Assembly: GCA_002748835.1 (NCBI GenBank)
Contig: PDTL01000014.1
Span: 23,838 to 87,837, forward strand
Source: Deltaproteobacteria bacterium
GTDB lineage: Bacteria > Desulfobacterota > Desulfobacteria > Desulfobacterales > GCA-2748835
Length of the DNA: 64,000 bases
Direction of reading: 5' to 3'
A program made the translations under genes and the position numbers. Within the stretch, counting starts at the first letter, position 1; the number at the start of each line of letters is the position of its first letter. Shown here piece after piece: positions 10,129-19,273 of this stretch. The notes under the pieces were generated by a model. The model had not been told where the DNA came from. It saw only the letters and a list, made by a program, of their open reading frames with translations, and did not search any database.

Positions 10129-10347
10129 ATGCGACGCACTCGTAACCTGATACGCAGTGGGCGGACATTTGTCAGCAGAGCTTGCATTTTTTTATTCCCG
10201 TTCACGCGACAAAAGGGCGCAGTCAGTCTGGAATATGCCTTTACACTGGCCCTTGCATCAATCTTTATGATCGGCGTATTCTATCTGTTTGTACAAATGT
10301 CCCGGGATATGCTCCGGGCATTTATCGAGATGGTCAAGTATTTATAA
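10129..10347 (+). CDS. flp: Flp-type pilin 1
   Basis: 72 aa. Prepilin motif KG/AVSLEYAF (G then E at +5 and Y at +6), followed by the hydrophobic helix TLALASIFMIGVFYLFV. A 30-aa leader is inferred. Confidence 0.55.
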   Translation: MRRTRNLIRSGRTFVSRACIFLFPFTRQKGAVSLEYAFTLALASIFMIGVFYLFVQMSRDMLRAFIEMVKYL

Positions 10348-10370
10348 AAACACCAACAGCGGAGGAAATT

Positions 10371-10637
10371 ATGAAAGTTGACATCAACGAACTGATGATT
10401 CGGGGTTATGTGGCTGCCGAAGACCGCCTGGACAGAGCGATTGAGCATGTGGCGACGAAGATTAAAGAGGAAAAAGGTGCCACGGCTGTGGAATATGCAC
10501 TTCTCACTGGCGTGATCGTCATCGGTGTCATATCCGCGTTTGCGTTTCTGCTTCCCAAGGATGAGGGAGACGAGGGGAACATGTTCACACAGACGTTTAA
10601 GATGATTATCCAGAAAGTCCAGGATTTTGTGCAGTAA
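10371..10637 (+). CDS. flp: Flp-type pilin 2
   Basis: GGAGGA RBS 5 nt before the ATG at 10371, which is an internal Met of track ORF 10182..10637. Classic Flp motif KG/ATAVEYALLTGVIVIGVI. The leader is unusually long (36 aa) and the C-terminal tail is acidic. Confidence 0.8.
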   Translation: MKVDINELMIRGYVAAEDRLDRAIEHVATKIKEEKGATAVEYALLTGVIVIGVISAFAFLLPKDEGDEGNMFTQTFKMIIQKVQDFVQ

Positions 10638-11081
10638 GTGTCGGAGGTGAATCGCATACATGCCCAGGTGCCTGTGTTGCAGCGTCACAAACCCGGAGTG
10701 ATAGACGATCACGGAGGGGTCACGGTTGAACTGGCGTTTACCCTGTTTCCGATTTTTCTCCTGTTTCTGGCGTTTGTTCAGGTCTCCGGTTTTTTGATCC
10801 TGCATGAAAAGGTGACGCTGGCCGCCAGCCTGGCATCGCGCAGTTACGGTATTCATATGAATGCCGGACAGGCGTATGAGAAGGCCGTTAGTGTTGTTTC
10901 CGGTGTTACCATGAAACAGTCCGGCAGCAGCGGCAGGGTCGAGACCCTGATTGAAAAAAAACAGCCGTTGTTTGAAGGATTCCGCCGAATCGCGTTTCCG
11001 GGACGCGCGGGTAAGCAGATGTCCGTATTCAAGGCGGTCTCGGCCTTTCAGGAAGACCAGAACCCCGGAGGAGACAACTGA
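10638..11081 (+). CDS. TadE-like pseudopilin
   Basis: N-terminal GGVTVELAFTLFPIFLLFLAF matches the TadE/TadF-type processed-pilin-like motif. The exact start (GTG 10638 or downstream GTG/TTG) is uncertain. The stop overlaps the next ATG (TGATG at 11079-11083). Confidence 0.6.
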   Translation: MSEVNRIHAQVPVLQRHKPGVIDDHGGVTVELAFTLFPIFLLFLAFVQVSGFLILHEKVTLAASLASRSYGIHMNAGQAYEKAVSVVSGVTMKQSGSSGRVETLIEKKQPLFEGFRRIAFPGRAGKQMSVFKAVSAFQEDQNPGGDN

Positions 11082-11965
11082 TGGCCGTATGCCCGGATCA
11101 CCGGCCCCTCCCCGGGATAATGGATGATGAAACGGGCGGTGCGGTACTGGTGGTGGTCTTTCTCATACCGGTTATGATTCTCATGATTCTGCTTATGTCG
11201 GATATGGGAAAAGTGGTTTTTTCCAAGATTCGGCTTCAGGCAGTGACGGATACGGCCATTCTGTCTGGTGCTGCGGTACAGGCAGCCGGCCTGAACGAAG
11301 TAGCGGATCTGAACAATGAATTACTAAAAGAAGCCCGGAAGTGCAAGGCGATACTTCAGAGTGGCATCTGGTACGGTTTCGGCCATGCGACCCGTGCGCG
11401 CACGTTTTTTACTGCCGGAAGCCCCAGAACCCCGCAGGGCGTACTCATGTACATCCGGAAGTATCAGCTGGATGCACTTGACGATTATGCGGCAGCTGCG
11501 ATTCGCGCTGTCCGGGAAGTGGTTCGGACCAATTTACCCGATGCAGTGATCAATTGGGGCATGTCCCGGTTTTCACAACCGCTCGCGCGGCTTCGGGAAA
11601 GCCGGCATGAGCAGGTTCGGTATCGCTATTATACGTCTCCATGTGACGGCTGCCCGCCCATACCGACGCTGCTATGGTTCACGCCGGACGCACCCATGTT
11701 CTCAGGCAGACATGACGGGCGGGTTTATTTTATGGCACTACGTGTGGGCGAAGCGAGTGGCCAGATCCGTATCTGCAGTTCTATGGCCAAATCCGGTCCC
11801 CCGACAAAAATTCGACTGGCAGTCGAACAACCGGTCGAGGATCTGTTTCTGGCAAAATTGTTGCGTGTACCGGAGCCGATCATCCGGTCTGTGGCTGAAG
11901 CAAAACCTGCGGGCGGTCATATCCGCGACCGGAAACCCTATTACAAGGCCGTGTTGATTAATTAG
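11081..11965 (+). CDS. TadG-like pilus assembly protein
   Basis: GGAGGAG RBS. N-terminus ETGGAVLVVVFLIPVMILMILLMSDMGKVV resembles the TadG N-terminal membrane segment. Size (294 aa) and position are consistent. Confidence 0.55.
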   Translation: MAVCPDHRPLPGIMDDETGGAVLVVVFLIPVMILMILLMSDMGKVVFSKIRLQAVTDTAILSGAAVQAAGLNEVADLNNELLKEARKCKAILQSGIWYGFGHATRARTFFTAGSPRTPQGVLMYIRKYQLDALDDYAAAAIRAVREVVRTNLPDAVINWGMSRFSQPLARLRESRHEQVRYRYYTSPCDGCPPIPTLLWFTPDAPMFSGRHDGRVYFMALRVGEASGQIRICSSMAKSGPPTKIRLAVEQPVEDLFLAKLLRVPEPIIRSVAEAKPAGGHIRDRKPYYKAVLIN

Positions 11966-12035
11966 GCATCTTCAGAATCTGTTTTGTCAGACCTGTGGGT
12001 TTTGCTGACGGTTTGATGCAGGATGGAACCTTTAG

Positions 12036-12416
12036 ATGAATGCGTCGCGAAAAAAAATGTTTCAGGATGAAACAGGTGCTGTGATGGTGGAATTTTGCCT
12101 CATTGCTCCGGTCTTTTTTGTGCTTATCGGTCTGATGCTGGTCATGCACGATTTCCTTTCCAGTTGCAGCGATGCCCAGATCGACCTGAAGAATCGGATG
12201 CGAAAGTCCATGCACAGTGCCCGGAAAGGTCCGTTCCGAAAAATGCCTCAGGCCGTGGCAGAGGTCCGGATCGAGATACCCGGGAACCTCAGGAAATTTG
12301 CCGGGCATGATCGGATGACAGCCCGTTACACCCTGGATGGATACGGCGGCTGCTACCAGGGGCTGGGTATCAGCATATATGCAAAGAGACGACGGATACG
12401 CAAAATAGCGTTTTGA
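12036..12416 (+). CDS. TadE-like pseudopilin
   Basis: N-terminus ETG/AVMVEFCLIAPVFFVLIGLML has G with E at +5 and F at +6, followed by a hydrophobic helix. Confidence 0.6.
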   Translation: MNASRKKMFQDETGAVMVEFCLIAPVFFVLIGLMLVMHDFLSSCSDAQIDLKNRMRKSMHSARKGPFRKMPQAVAEVRIEIPGNLRKFAGHDRMTARYTLDGYGGCYQGLGISIYAKRRRIRKIAF

Positions 12417-12458
12417 TTCATTGATTCATTTTTACAACGATCTTATGGAGTTGTCGGC

Positions 12459-13328
12459 ATGCAGAACCGGAAGGCGGTATTGATCTCGCTTGTATGTGCA
12501 CTGGTGGCCATGGTGATGGTCGTCTCCTATGTTTCACAGAAAGAGCGGCGCATCCTGCGCATGGCATCTCCGGTAAAGGTGGTGCTGGCAGCCAGGGATA
12601 TCCCGGAAGGGACAAGGCTTGACCGGTCCTGGCTCAAGGTGGCCAAGATCCCCAAAAAGTTCGTCCAGCCGGGTACGTCGGGAGATGTGGAAGACTGGCT
12701 GGGGAAAACCGTTGTCATTCCTGTCCTGAAAGATACCCAGGTGATGGAGCCCATGTTCTCGAGTTCCCGACAGGGGCGGTTTTCCGTCAAGGTGCCGCCA
12801 GATCAGCGGGCGTTCAGTGTGGCTGTGTCTGAGGTGTCGGCCGTGTCCGGGCTGATCGGACCGGGGGATTTTGTGGATGTCATGGTCACTGTGGAAGAAG
12901 GGGATATTGTGAACGGTCAGGCCGTGAGTCGGGACATCAAAACCCGGACCATTCTGCAGAACGCACTGGTTCTTGCCGTGAACCGGATTTATTCGGACAT
13001 GCGGTTCCGCCAGGCCTCCGACCTGAAGCAACAGTCCCGGGGAAGCCTGCTGGCATCCCCCACAGACGATGAACCGGCCATGGAAAAGTTGGACAACATC
13101 CGAACGGTGACCTTGTCACTGAGCCCCCAGGATGCGCAGAAAATGAGTCTGGCCCAGGAAATCGGATCGATTTCCCTGATGTTGAGATCAAGCTGGGATG
13201 AGAGCGGCGGCGCGGCACCCATTCCATCGATCAATGCACGGGAGTTTCTGGGCATCAAAAAAATGGTAATTCCGCGTTCGAGACCGGCGTGGGTAGAGAT
13301 CCGCGGTGCGGAGGAAGTGTACCGCTAA
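12459..13328 (+). CDS. cpaB: Flp pilus assembly protein CpaB/RcpC
   Basis: N-terminal TM (VLISLVCALVAMVMVV). SAF-like segment VKVVLAARDIPEGTRLDRSWLKVAKIPKKFV. RcpC-type beta-clip C-terminal region. Confidence 0.85.
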   Translation: MQNRKAVLISLVCALVAMVMVVSYVSQKERRILRMASPVKVVLAARDIPEGTRLDRSWLKVAKIPKKFVQPGTSGDVEDWLGKTVVIPVLKDTQVMEPMFSSSRQGRFSVKVPPDQRAFSVAVSEVSAVSGLIGPGDFVDVMVTVEEGDIVNGQAVSRDIKTRTILQNALVLAVNRIYSDMRFRQASDLKQQSRGSLLASPTDDEPAMEKLDNIRTVTLSLSPQDAQKMSLAQEIGSISLMLRSSWDESGGAAPIPSINAREFLGIKKMVIPRSRPAWVEIRGAEEVYR

Positions 13329-13344
13329 GTGCAAGGAGACAGAC

Positions 13345-14775
13345 ATGAAACTGCGACCCAATGACAGATGTCCGGCCCGGATGTCTCTGATACTTGTGAT
13401 GTTCATGATGGTTACCGGCTCGACTTGGGCCGCAACCCCGGTGAATGTGACCCAGGGCCAGAGCAAAACCCTTTCTGTGGGATTTACCATTGCAAAGGTG
13501 GCCACCGGAGACCCGTCCGTGTGCGGTGTGCTGAAAACCGCAGATCGGGAGTTGCTGGTCAATGCCAAACAGGCGGGCCGGACCAATGTAATTGTCTGGG
13601 GTGCTGACGGCTCCACGCGAGAATATGCGATTACCGTCACCGGATCCGGACTGACGATTACCGCAGGCGAACTGAAATCCCTGCTCTCCACGGTAGAGGG
13701 AGTGAGCGTGCGGCTGGTGGGTAGCCGGGTCCTGGTGGAAGGAGAAGTCTTCACCAAAAAAGACCTTGAAAGGGTCCGCCGGGTGACCCAGGGGTTGTCC
13801 AATGTCATCAACATGGTGGAACTCAGCCCCCTCATGAAGACCATTGTAAAAGACGAGATCGAAGGGGTGCTCAAGGACGAAGGCTTTTCCAACCTGCGGC
13901 TGAAGTTTGGAAAGAACAATTTTATCCTCACCGGCCAGGTGGGGAGTCAGGCAGAGATGGAACGGGCGCTTAAGCTGGCCGGGGCCTATGCCGCGGATAT
14001 CGTGAACGCCATTGAAGTGGATGACCGGATCGTGGAAACAAAGGCCGAGCTTATCGAGATGAGCCTGCAGGTTATGGAGATCGAAACCAGCGCGCTGAAG
14101 AATATGGGCATCCATTGGAACCCCGGCGGTTCCCTGGGAGGCTCCGGGAGTTATTCCGGCCAGTCGGGAAGCAAACCCTCCTTGAGCGGTTCCCTGACCG
14201 GGACCATATCTAGCCTGTTTCCGAAGATGAAACGGATTCAGGACACGGGCGCAGGAAGGTCTCTCATGGAACAGAGCCTCATCACCCAGAGTGGGGGAAC
14301 TGCAGACTTTTTTGCCGGCAGCGAAGTCCCGATACCGGTGGCCCAGGATGGCGGGAACATGAGTGTGGAATACAAGAAGGTAGGGGTGACCCTGGAATTC
14401 TCTCCGGTGATCGATCCTTTCGGTCGGGTGACCAGTCCGATTAAAATTGAAGCCAGTTCCGTGTCCGGCGAAGGGCCGGGAGGGGCGCCCGTCATCAGTA
14501 CATCCAAACTCAATACCATTGTCGGCCTTGAAAACGGGGAATCTGTAGCGCTGGCCGGCCTGGTGGGTCAAAAGGAAATGCGGCTGCTTTCCAAGTCCCC
14601 GCCCGGCGGTGGCAGCGCCCTGTTTCAGGCAAACAAGGAAACACTGAAAAGCGCGGACACACGTGAGGTGGTGATTTTCGTCACCCCGCGGATTCTGAGC
14701 CGTGCCGGAGACGGGGTGGACCGGATTCAACGGCGGGTGAAGGAAGGGTTCAAAGCCCAGGACCGTCAGGAGTAA
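13345..14775 (+). CDS. cpaC: CpaC/RcpA secretin
   Basis: I prefer the ATG at 13345, after GGAGAC, over the track start at 13306. It has a signal peptide and a pilus N-terminal domain (VNVTQGQSKTLSVG..VATGDPSV..NAKQAGRTNVIVWG). The secretin C-domain is SKLNTIVGLENGESVALAGLV...EVVIFVTPRIL. Confidence 0.9.
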   Translation: MKLRPNDRCPARMSLILVMFMMVTGSTWAATPVNVTQGQSKTLSVGFTIAKVATGDPSVCGVLKTADRELLVNAKQAGRTNVIVWGADGSTREYAITVTGSGLTITAGELKSLLSTVEGVSVRLVGSRVLVEGEVFTKKDLERVRRVTQGLSNVINMVELSPLMKTIVKDEIEGVLKDEGFSNLRLKFGKNNFILTGQVGSQAEMERALKLAGAYAADIVNAIEVDDRIVETKAELIEMSLQVMEIETSALKNMGIHWNPGGSLGGSGSYSGQSGSKPSLSGSLTGTISSLFPKMKRIQDTGAGRSLMEQSLITQSGGTADFFAGSEVPIPVAQDGGNMSVEYKKVGVTLEFSPVIDPFGRVTSPIKIEASSVSGEGPGGAPVISTSKLNTIVGLENGESVALAGLVGQKEMRLLSKSPPGGGSALFQANKETLKSADTREVVIFVTPRILSRAGDGVDRIQRRVKEGFKAQDRQE

Positions 14776-14822
14776 ACGGGGTGACACGTTAAGGTAAGAC
14801 AGATTGCAGGCAGGTTTGTCAG

Positions 14823-16886
14823 ATGGGCAGTGGTCAGGTCATTACGGTATATGGATCCAAGGGCGGCACAGGCAGAACCTTTGTGTCTGTCAACCTTGCG
14901 GTGGACCTGTTTATCACCACACGGCAGCCGGTTCTGCTGCTTGATTTTGTGCGACCGGTTTCTGTGGGTGTGAAGGCGATGCTGAACGCCTCTGGTATCC
15001 GTTTTGCGGATGCCATTCTGACCACAGCTCCGCAGCTGAAACCGGTGGTGCTTTCGTCGTATTTTACCCCCCATGACTCCGGCATTCAGCTCCTTGCCCT
15101 GACATCGGGAGAACGGCCGCTGGAAAACAGCGGGTATACCGGTGACACCGTACAGGGGCTGATCGGAAAACTCAAAGAACAGTTTGCGTTTCTGGTCATT
15201 GATGCAGGCAGCCGCTGGGATGAAGGGACCATTGCGCTGGTTGCCGCCTCGGATCGCGTGTTGATGGTGGTATCGCCAGAACTGGAGACGCTTGATCAGG
15301 CACGGGCGGATGTGGGTCGCCTGAGGCTCCAGAATTTTCCTGTGGGCGGCATCGGCGTGGTCCTGAACAAGGTGGGACTCAAGGGCGGGGCGGATGTGCC
15401 GGCAGCTGAGCGGGCACTGAAGCTGCCATCCATGGCGGCCATACCCTATCATGAAGATGTGCTCTCCCTGCAGTGGGCTGGACCGTTCCCCTCCCATCAC
15501 AAGCGGCACGCGGTGAACCGGGGACTTCAAGGGGTGACCACCGCCCTGCTGCAGTCTTTTGGAAACACCCCTCCCGTAGCCCGGGCATCGGCTGCTGCGT
15601 CAGCGGAGACCCATCCTGCGGATCAGCTGAAGCTGACCATTCACCGGAAACTGCTCTCGACCATTGATTTTAAAAAGCTTGATACGGAAGTTGAAAACGA
15701 TCCGGTGAAAAAAGAGGAGCTGGAGCGTGAGGTTCGCCGGGTGGCCGTGGCCCTGATTGACGAGCTTGCTCCCCACCTGGTCAGGGAGGAAAGGAACACC
15801 CTGCTGCGGCAGGTGATCCAGGAAACCCTGGGCCTGGGTCCGCTGGAGGATTTGCTCGCGGACACGGACATCACCGAGATCATGGTCAACCGGTGGGACC
15901 AGATCTACATTGAACGATCCGGACGCCTGATCGAAACCGGGCTCCAGTTTTTTTCAGACGCGCATCTGGTGAACATCATTGGCCGCATTGTCGGTCCCCT
16001 TGGACGTAAAATCGATATCAGCACGCCCATGGTCGATGCCCGGCTCCCAGACGGTTCCCGTGTAAATGCCGTGATCCCGCCCCTTGCCATCAACGGTGCC
16101 TCGCTGACCATCCGTAAATTTGCCCAGGAGCGGCTGAACATGGAGGCTCTCGAAGCCTTCGGATCCCTGAACCGCCAGGTGGCCGAATTTCTCATGGCGG
16201 CGGTGTGCGCCCGTCTGAACATTGTGGTGTCCGGCGGTACGGGCAGCGGTAAGACCACGCTGCTCAACATCCTGTCCGGCTATATCCCGGAAGGTGAACG
16301 GATTATTACGATTGAGGACTCTGCGGAACTCAAATTGCATCAGCCCCATGTGGTGCCCCTGGAATGCCGGCCCCCGAACATTGAGGGAAAGGGTGAGATC
16401 ACGATCCGGGATCTGCTCCGCAACGCCCTTCGCATGCGGCCAGACCGGATTGTGGTGGGCGAGTGCCGGGGCGGGGAAGCCCTTGACATGCTACAGGCCA
16501 TGAACACAGGGCATGACGGGTCCATGACCACCATCCATGCCAACACTACCCAGGAAGCCCTTGCGCGGATCGAGACCCTGGTCATGTATACGGGATTCGA
16601 ACTTCCGTCACGGGGCATCAAGGAACAGATCGCCGGTGCCGTGGATCTGATTATCCAGGTCAAACGATTCAAGGACGGGAGCCGGAAGCTGATCCAGGTG
16701 AGTGAGCTCCGGGGCATCTCGGAAGACCGGATCCGCATTGATGACGTGTTCCTGTTCAACCAGATCGATGAGGTGGACGGCACCCCCAGGGGCATGCATG
16801 TGGCCACCGGTTTTGTGCCGGAATCAGTACAGCGGTTCCAGGAAAAAGGGATTCATCTGCCCAGGGAACTGTTCTGGGCCAACTGA
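14823..16886 (+). CDS. cpaF: fusion of TadZ/CpaE-like ParA/MinD domain with CpaF/TadA secretion ATPase
   Basis: Residues ~1-250 look ParA/MinD-like: [21 protein letters not shown] is a deviant Walker A with Arg in place of the usual Lys, and LVIDAG follows. Residues ~270-687 are a full CpaF: Walker [15 protein letters not shown], Asp/Glu boxes ITIEDSAEL, Walker [13 protein letters not shown] and His box [13 protein letters not shown]. It is one uninterrupted ORF. Confidence 0.9.
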   Translation: MGSGQVITVYGSKGGTGRTFVSVNLAVDLFITTRQPVLLLDFVRPVSVGVKAMLNASGIRFADAILTTAPQLKPVVLSSYFTPHDSGIQLLALTSGERPLENSGYTGDTVQGLIGKLKEQFAFLVIDAGSRWDEGTIALVAASDRVLMVVSPELETLDQARADVGRLRLQNFPVGGIGVVLNKVGLKGGADVPAAERALKLPSMAAIPYHEDVLSLQWAGPFPSHHKRHAVNRGLQGVTTALLQSFGNTPPVARASAAASAETHPADQLKLTIHRKLLSTIDFKKLDTEVENDPVKKEELEREVRRVAVALIDELAPHLVREERNTLLRQVIQETLGLGPLEDLLADTDITEIMVNRWDQIYIERSGRLIETGLQFFSDAHLVNIIGRIVGPLGRKIDISTPMVDARLPDGSRVNAVIPPLAINGASLTIRKFAQERLNMEALEAFGSLNRQVAEFLMAAVCARLNIVVSGGTGSGKTTLLNILSGYIPEGERIITIEDSAELKLHQPHVVPLECRPPNIEGKGEITIRDLLRNALRMRPDRIVVGECRGGEALDMLQAMNTGHDGSMTTIHANTTQEALARIETLVMYTGFELPSRGIKEQIAGAVDLIIQVKRFKDGSRKLIQVSELRGISEDRIRIDDVFLFNQIDEVDGTPRGMHVATGFVPESVQRFQEKGIHLPRELFWAN

Positions 16887-16986
16887 TATGCCGGTTTGAA
16901 CAACCAGCCCGTCCTGCGGTACTGGTGTCGAGCGGAGGGCACTGTCTTTTTTTTTACGATCTTATTGCCCGTAAGATCAGGGAGCG

Positions 16987-18210
16987 TTGCAAGTGAACTG
17001 GATATATTTTGCCATTGTGTTTGTGCTGATCTGGGTGGTGGTTTATCTCCTTGTCAAAGAGCGGACCGGCCTGTTCTCTCAGAAGCTGGATCAGGAAACA
17101 GAAAAAATAACCGCCATGCTTGATGCCCTGTTCATGGTAGCGCGGCCATCCTTGATCCGGAAGGCGGTTGTCTGCTGTTGTCTCGTCGGCGTCTTCACGG
17201 GGATCGTGATGCCCGGTCTGATTGCCGATATTGACGTGAAAGCGACCGTCAGCAAAGCAATTTCGCTGAATCAGTCAGGGGACCACGAGGCGGTGCTCGC
17301 GTTACTGGATGGCAGCGAAAAACGTGTTTCTCCGCTGCTTCAGAACGAACTCGGCGTCGCCTACGCGGGCACCGGAAATTACGGGCTGGCAGAGCAGGCG
17401 TTCAAAAATGCACTGGATACAGTACCGGAATATGTGCCGGCGCGGGTGAACCTGGCCGGGGTCTACATGAAGCTGGGACGGCTGGAAACGGCGGGTTTTG
17501 AACTGGCACGGGCACGGGAATATGATGAAATCCCGCTGTCCGAAACCGCAGTGATTGGCAAACCCCGGCAAGAAGACCGGTGGATCATCTCCGCTGTACT
17601 GGCGCTAATACTCGGGGTGATCGGTTACCGGATACCCGGATGGGGATTGGCTTGGCTGAAGAATCGGCGCCTCAGCAGATTCGAGGACCAGCTGGCTGAC
17701 GGGCTGGTCATGGTCTCTAACGGGCTCAAGGCCGGATTGAACCTGACCCAGGCATTTGAAAATGTCAGCCGGGAAGGTGACCCGCCACTGGCCCAGGAGT
17801 TCTCGCTGGTGCTCAAGGAAACCCGGCTGGGCTATGATCTGGATGATGCTCTGATAAGGCTCTCTGCGAGAATGCCCACGGATGATACTAAACTGCTGGT
17901 GAACTCCATCCTGATTCTGCGGGAAAGCGGGGGAAATCTGGCATCCATTTTTGATACCCTGGTTCACACGATCAATGAACGGAAACGGGTGCTGAAAAAA
18001 ATCAAGACCATGACGGCCGAAGGAGAGACCCAGGCCTATATGCTGGCGGTCCTCCCCCTGGCACTCGGATTTCTGCTCTCGCGTCTCACGCCGGATGTAT
18101 TTGCACTCATGTACACCACGTTTTTTGGATGGTGCCTGATCGCACTCATGGTCCTCATGGAGGGGATCGGTTTGATCTGGATGCTGAAAACGGTGAAAGT
18201 GAAGATCTGA
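16987..18210 (+). CDS. tadB: TPR-containing TadB-like platform protein (single T2SS-F domain)
   Basis: N-terminal TM, then TPR-like repeats (ELGVAYAGTGNYGLAEQAFKNALDTVPEYVPARVNLAGVYMKLGRLETA). A T2SSF domain follows (GLKAGLNLTQAFENVS...DDALIRLSARMPTDD...ESGGNLASIFDTL...KTMTAEGETQAYMLAVLPL). The start is TTG 16987 or GTG 16993. Confidence 0.85.
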   Translation: MQVNWIYFAIVFVLIWVVVYLLVKERTGLFSQKLDQETEKITAMLDALFMVARPSLIRKAVVCCCLVGVFTGIVMPGLIADIDVKATVSKAISLNQSGDHEAVLALLDGSEKRVSPLLQNELGVAYAGTGNYGLAEQAFKNALDTVPEYVPARVNLAGVYMKLGRLETAGFELARAREYDEIPLSETAVIGKPRQEDRWIISAVLALILGVIGYRIPGWGLAWLKNRRLSRFEDQLADGLVMVSNGLKAGLNLTQAFENVSREGDPPLAQEFSLVLKETRLGYDLDDALIRLSARMPTDDTKLLVNSILILRESGGNLASIFDTLVHTINERKRVLKKIKTMTAEGETQAYMLAVLPLALGFLLSRLTPDVFALMYTTFFGWCLIALMVLMEGIGLIWMLKTVKVKI

Positions 18211-19241
18211 TGGCCGTTGGGCGGTTGTCCGTTCTGGGTCTGCTGATCGGACTGCTGGCGTCTGATACGGCGGCCGGGTTCACCTGGCTGGGATATGAAA
18301 AAAACGCTGATTTCACTGCACCGGAATGTGTCCGGATTGATTACCGGATGCGCATCCGGGTTGAGGATGATGCTGATGCCGCGGCCCTTCGCCGGATGCC
18401 GCTTCCGCAAACGACGGGATACCGGAAAATCCTGGGGGCATTCGCACGGATTGATACCCGGCACACAGCGGACAGCGCAACGGTTGCAGACGGCTGCATT
18501 TGTATGACAACCGTCCGGCCCGGAGATGGGGTGGTTTACGGCTATACCCTTGTTCATGACGGCATTGGAAACGCGGGTGGTGCCGCAGACCGGCTGGTGA
18601 TTCCAGATCCCTCAGCCCCCTGCCGGGTGGTGTATACGGTGCAGTTCCCGTCCAGCGGTTTGTATCGATGGATCGAAGGCTCTGGCTGCAGCGCTGTGCA
18701 TACGGCGTCCGGAGATTGTTTCAGGTATGTGCGTGATGGGGGCGTTTGCCATCTTCCCGATCAGATTCGGGTGAGCTCCTGGGCATCCTGGGCCTGTGTG
18801 CGTAGGCAGTACGACGCCGCCTGGCCGGCAGACCCTCAGGGACTGATGGATCCTGCGGACCTGACCGGTGGTTCCCCTCCGGATCCGGAACGGCTCGCCT
18901 CCCAGCTTGCTGAACAGGTCGTCTATGAAATGGAACCGCGTGCCGGTCATCTGCATCAGCCGTCGAAACCGGCATCGGTGATGTCCCGGGGCCGGGGTGA
19001 CTGCAAGGATCTGGCCCTGCTGGTGGTGACGCTTTTAAGAAAATACGGCTTTAAGGCCGGATGTGTGCTGGCCGGAAACGACGGGTGCAGCACATTTCCA
19101 GACCCGCTGGTCTTCACCCATGCCTATGCGGCGGTGAAAACCGAAGGCGGTAAGTGCCTGTACCTGGATCCGGCCCGGAAATTGACATCGGTGGTGCCGG
19201 CAGAAGATTGGCTCCTGCCGCTTTCCCTGTGTGAGTATTGA
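18210..19241 (+). CDS. exported transglutaminase-like (Cys-His-Asp) domain protein
   Basis: The ATG at 18210 overlaps the tadB-like stop (TGATG) and is an internal Met of track ORF 18129. Signal-like N-terminus LSVLGLLIGLLASDTAAG. TGase-core pattern GRGDCKDLALLVVTLLRKYGFKA...FTHAYAAV...LYLDPA. Confidence 0.75.
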   Translation: MAVGRLSVLGLLIGLLASDTAAGFTWLGYEKNADFTAPECVRIDYRMRIRVEDDADAAALRRMPLPQTTGYRKILGAFARIDTRHTADSATVADGCICMTTVRPGDGVVYGYTLVHDGIGNAGGAADRLVIPDPSAPCRVVYTVQFPSSGLYRWIEGSGCSAVHTASGDCFRYVRDGGVCHLPDQIRVSSWASWACVRRQYDAAWPADPQGLMDPADLTGGSPPDPERLASQLAEQVVYEMEPRAGHLHQPSKPASVMSRGRGDCKDLALLVVTLLRKYGFKAGCVLAGNDGCSTFPDPLVFTHAYAAVKTEGGKCLYLDPARKLTSVVPAEDWLLPLSLCEY

Positions 19242-19273
19242 CCTTTGCTTACAGTTTATAGAGGAGTTACGCC

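Noticed and set aside
13255-14787. 510-aa ORF on the minus strand covering the whole secretin gene
   Set aside because: It is exactly antisense to a gene with strong secretin motifs. Its translation is Arg/Gly/Pro/His-rich with no recognisable domain, as expected for a spurious antisense frame in GC-rich coding DNA.
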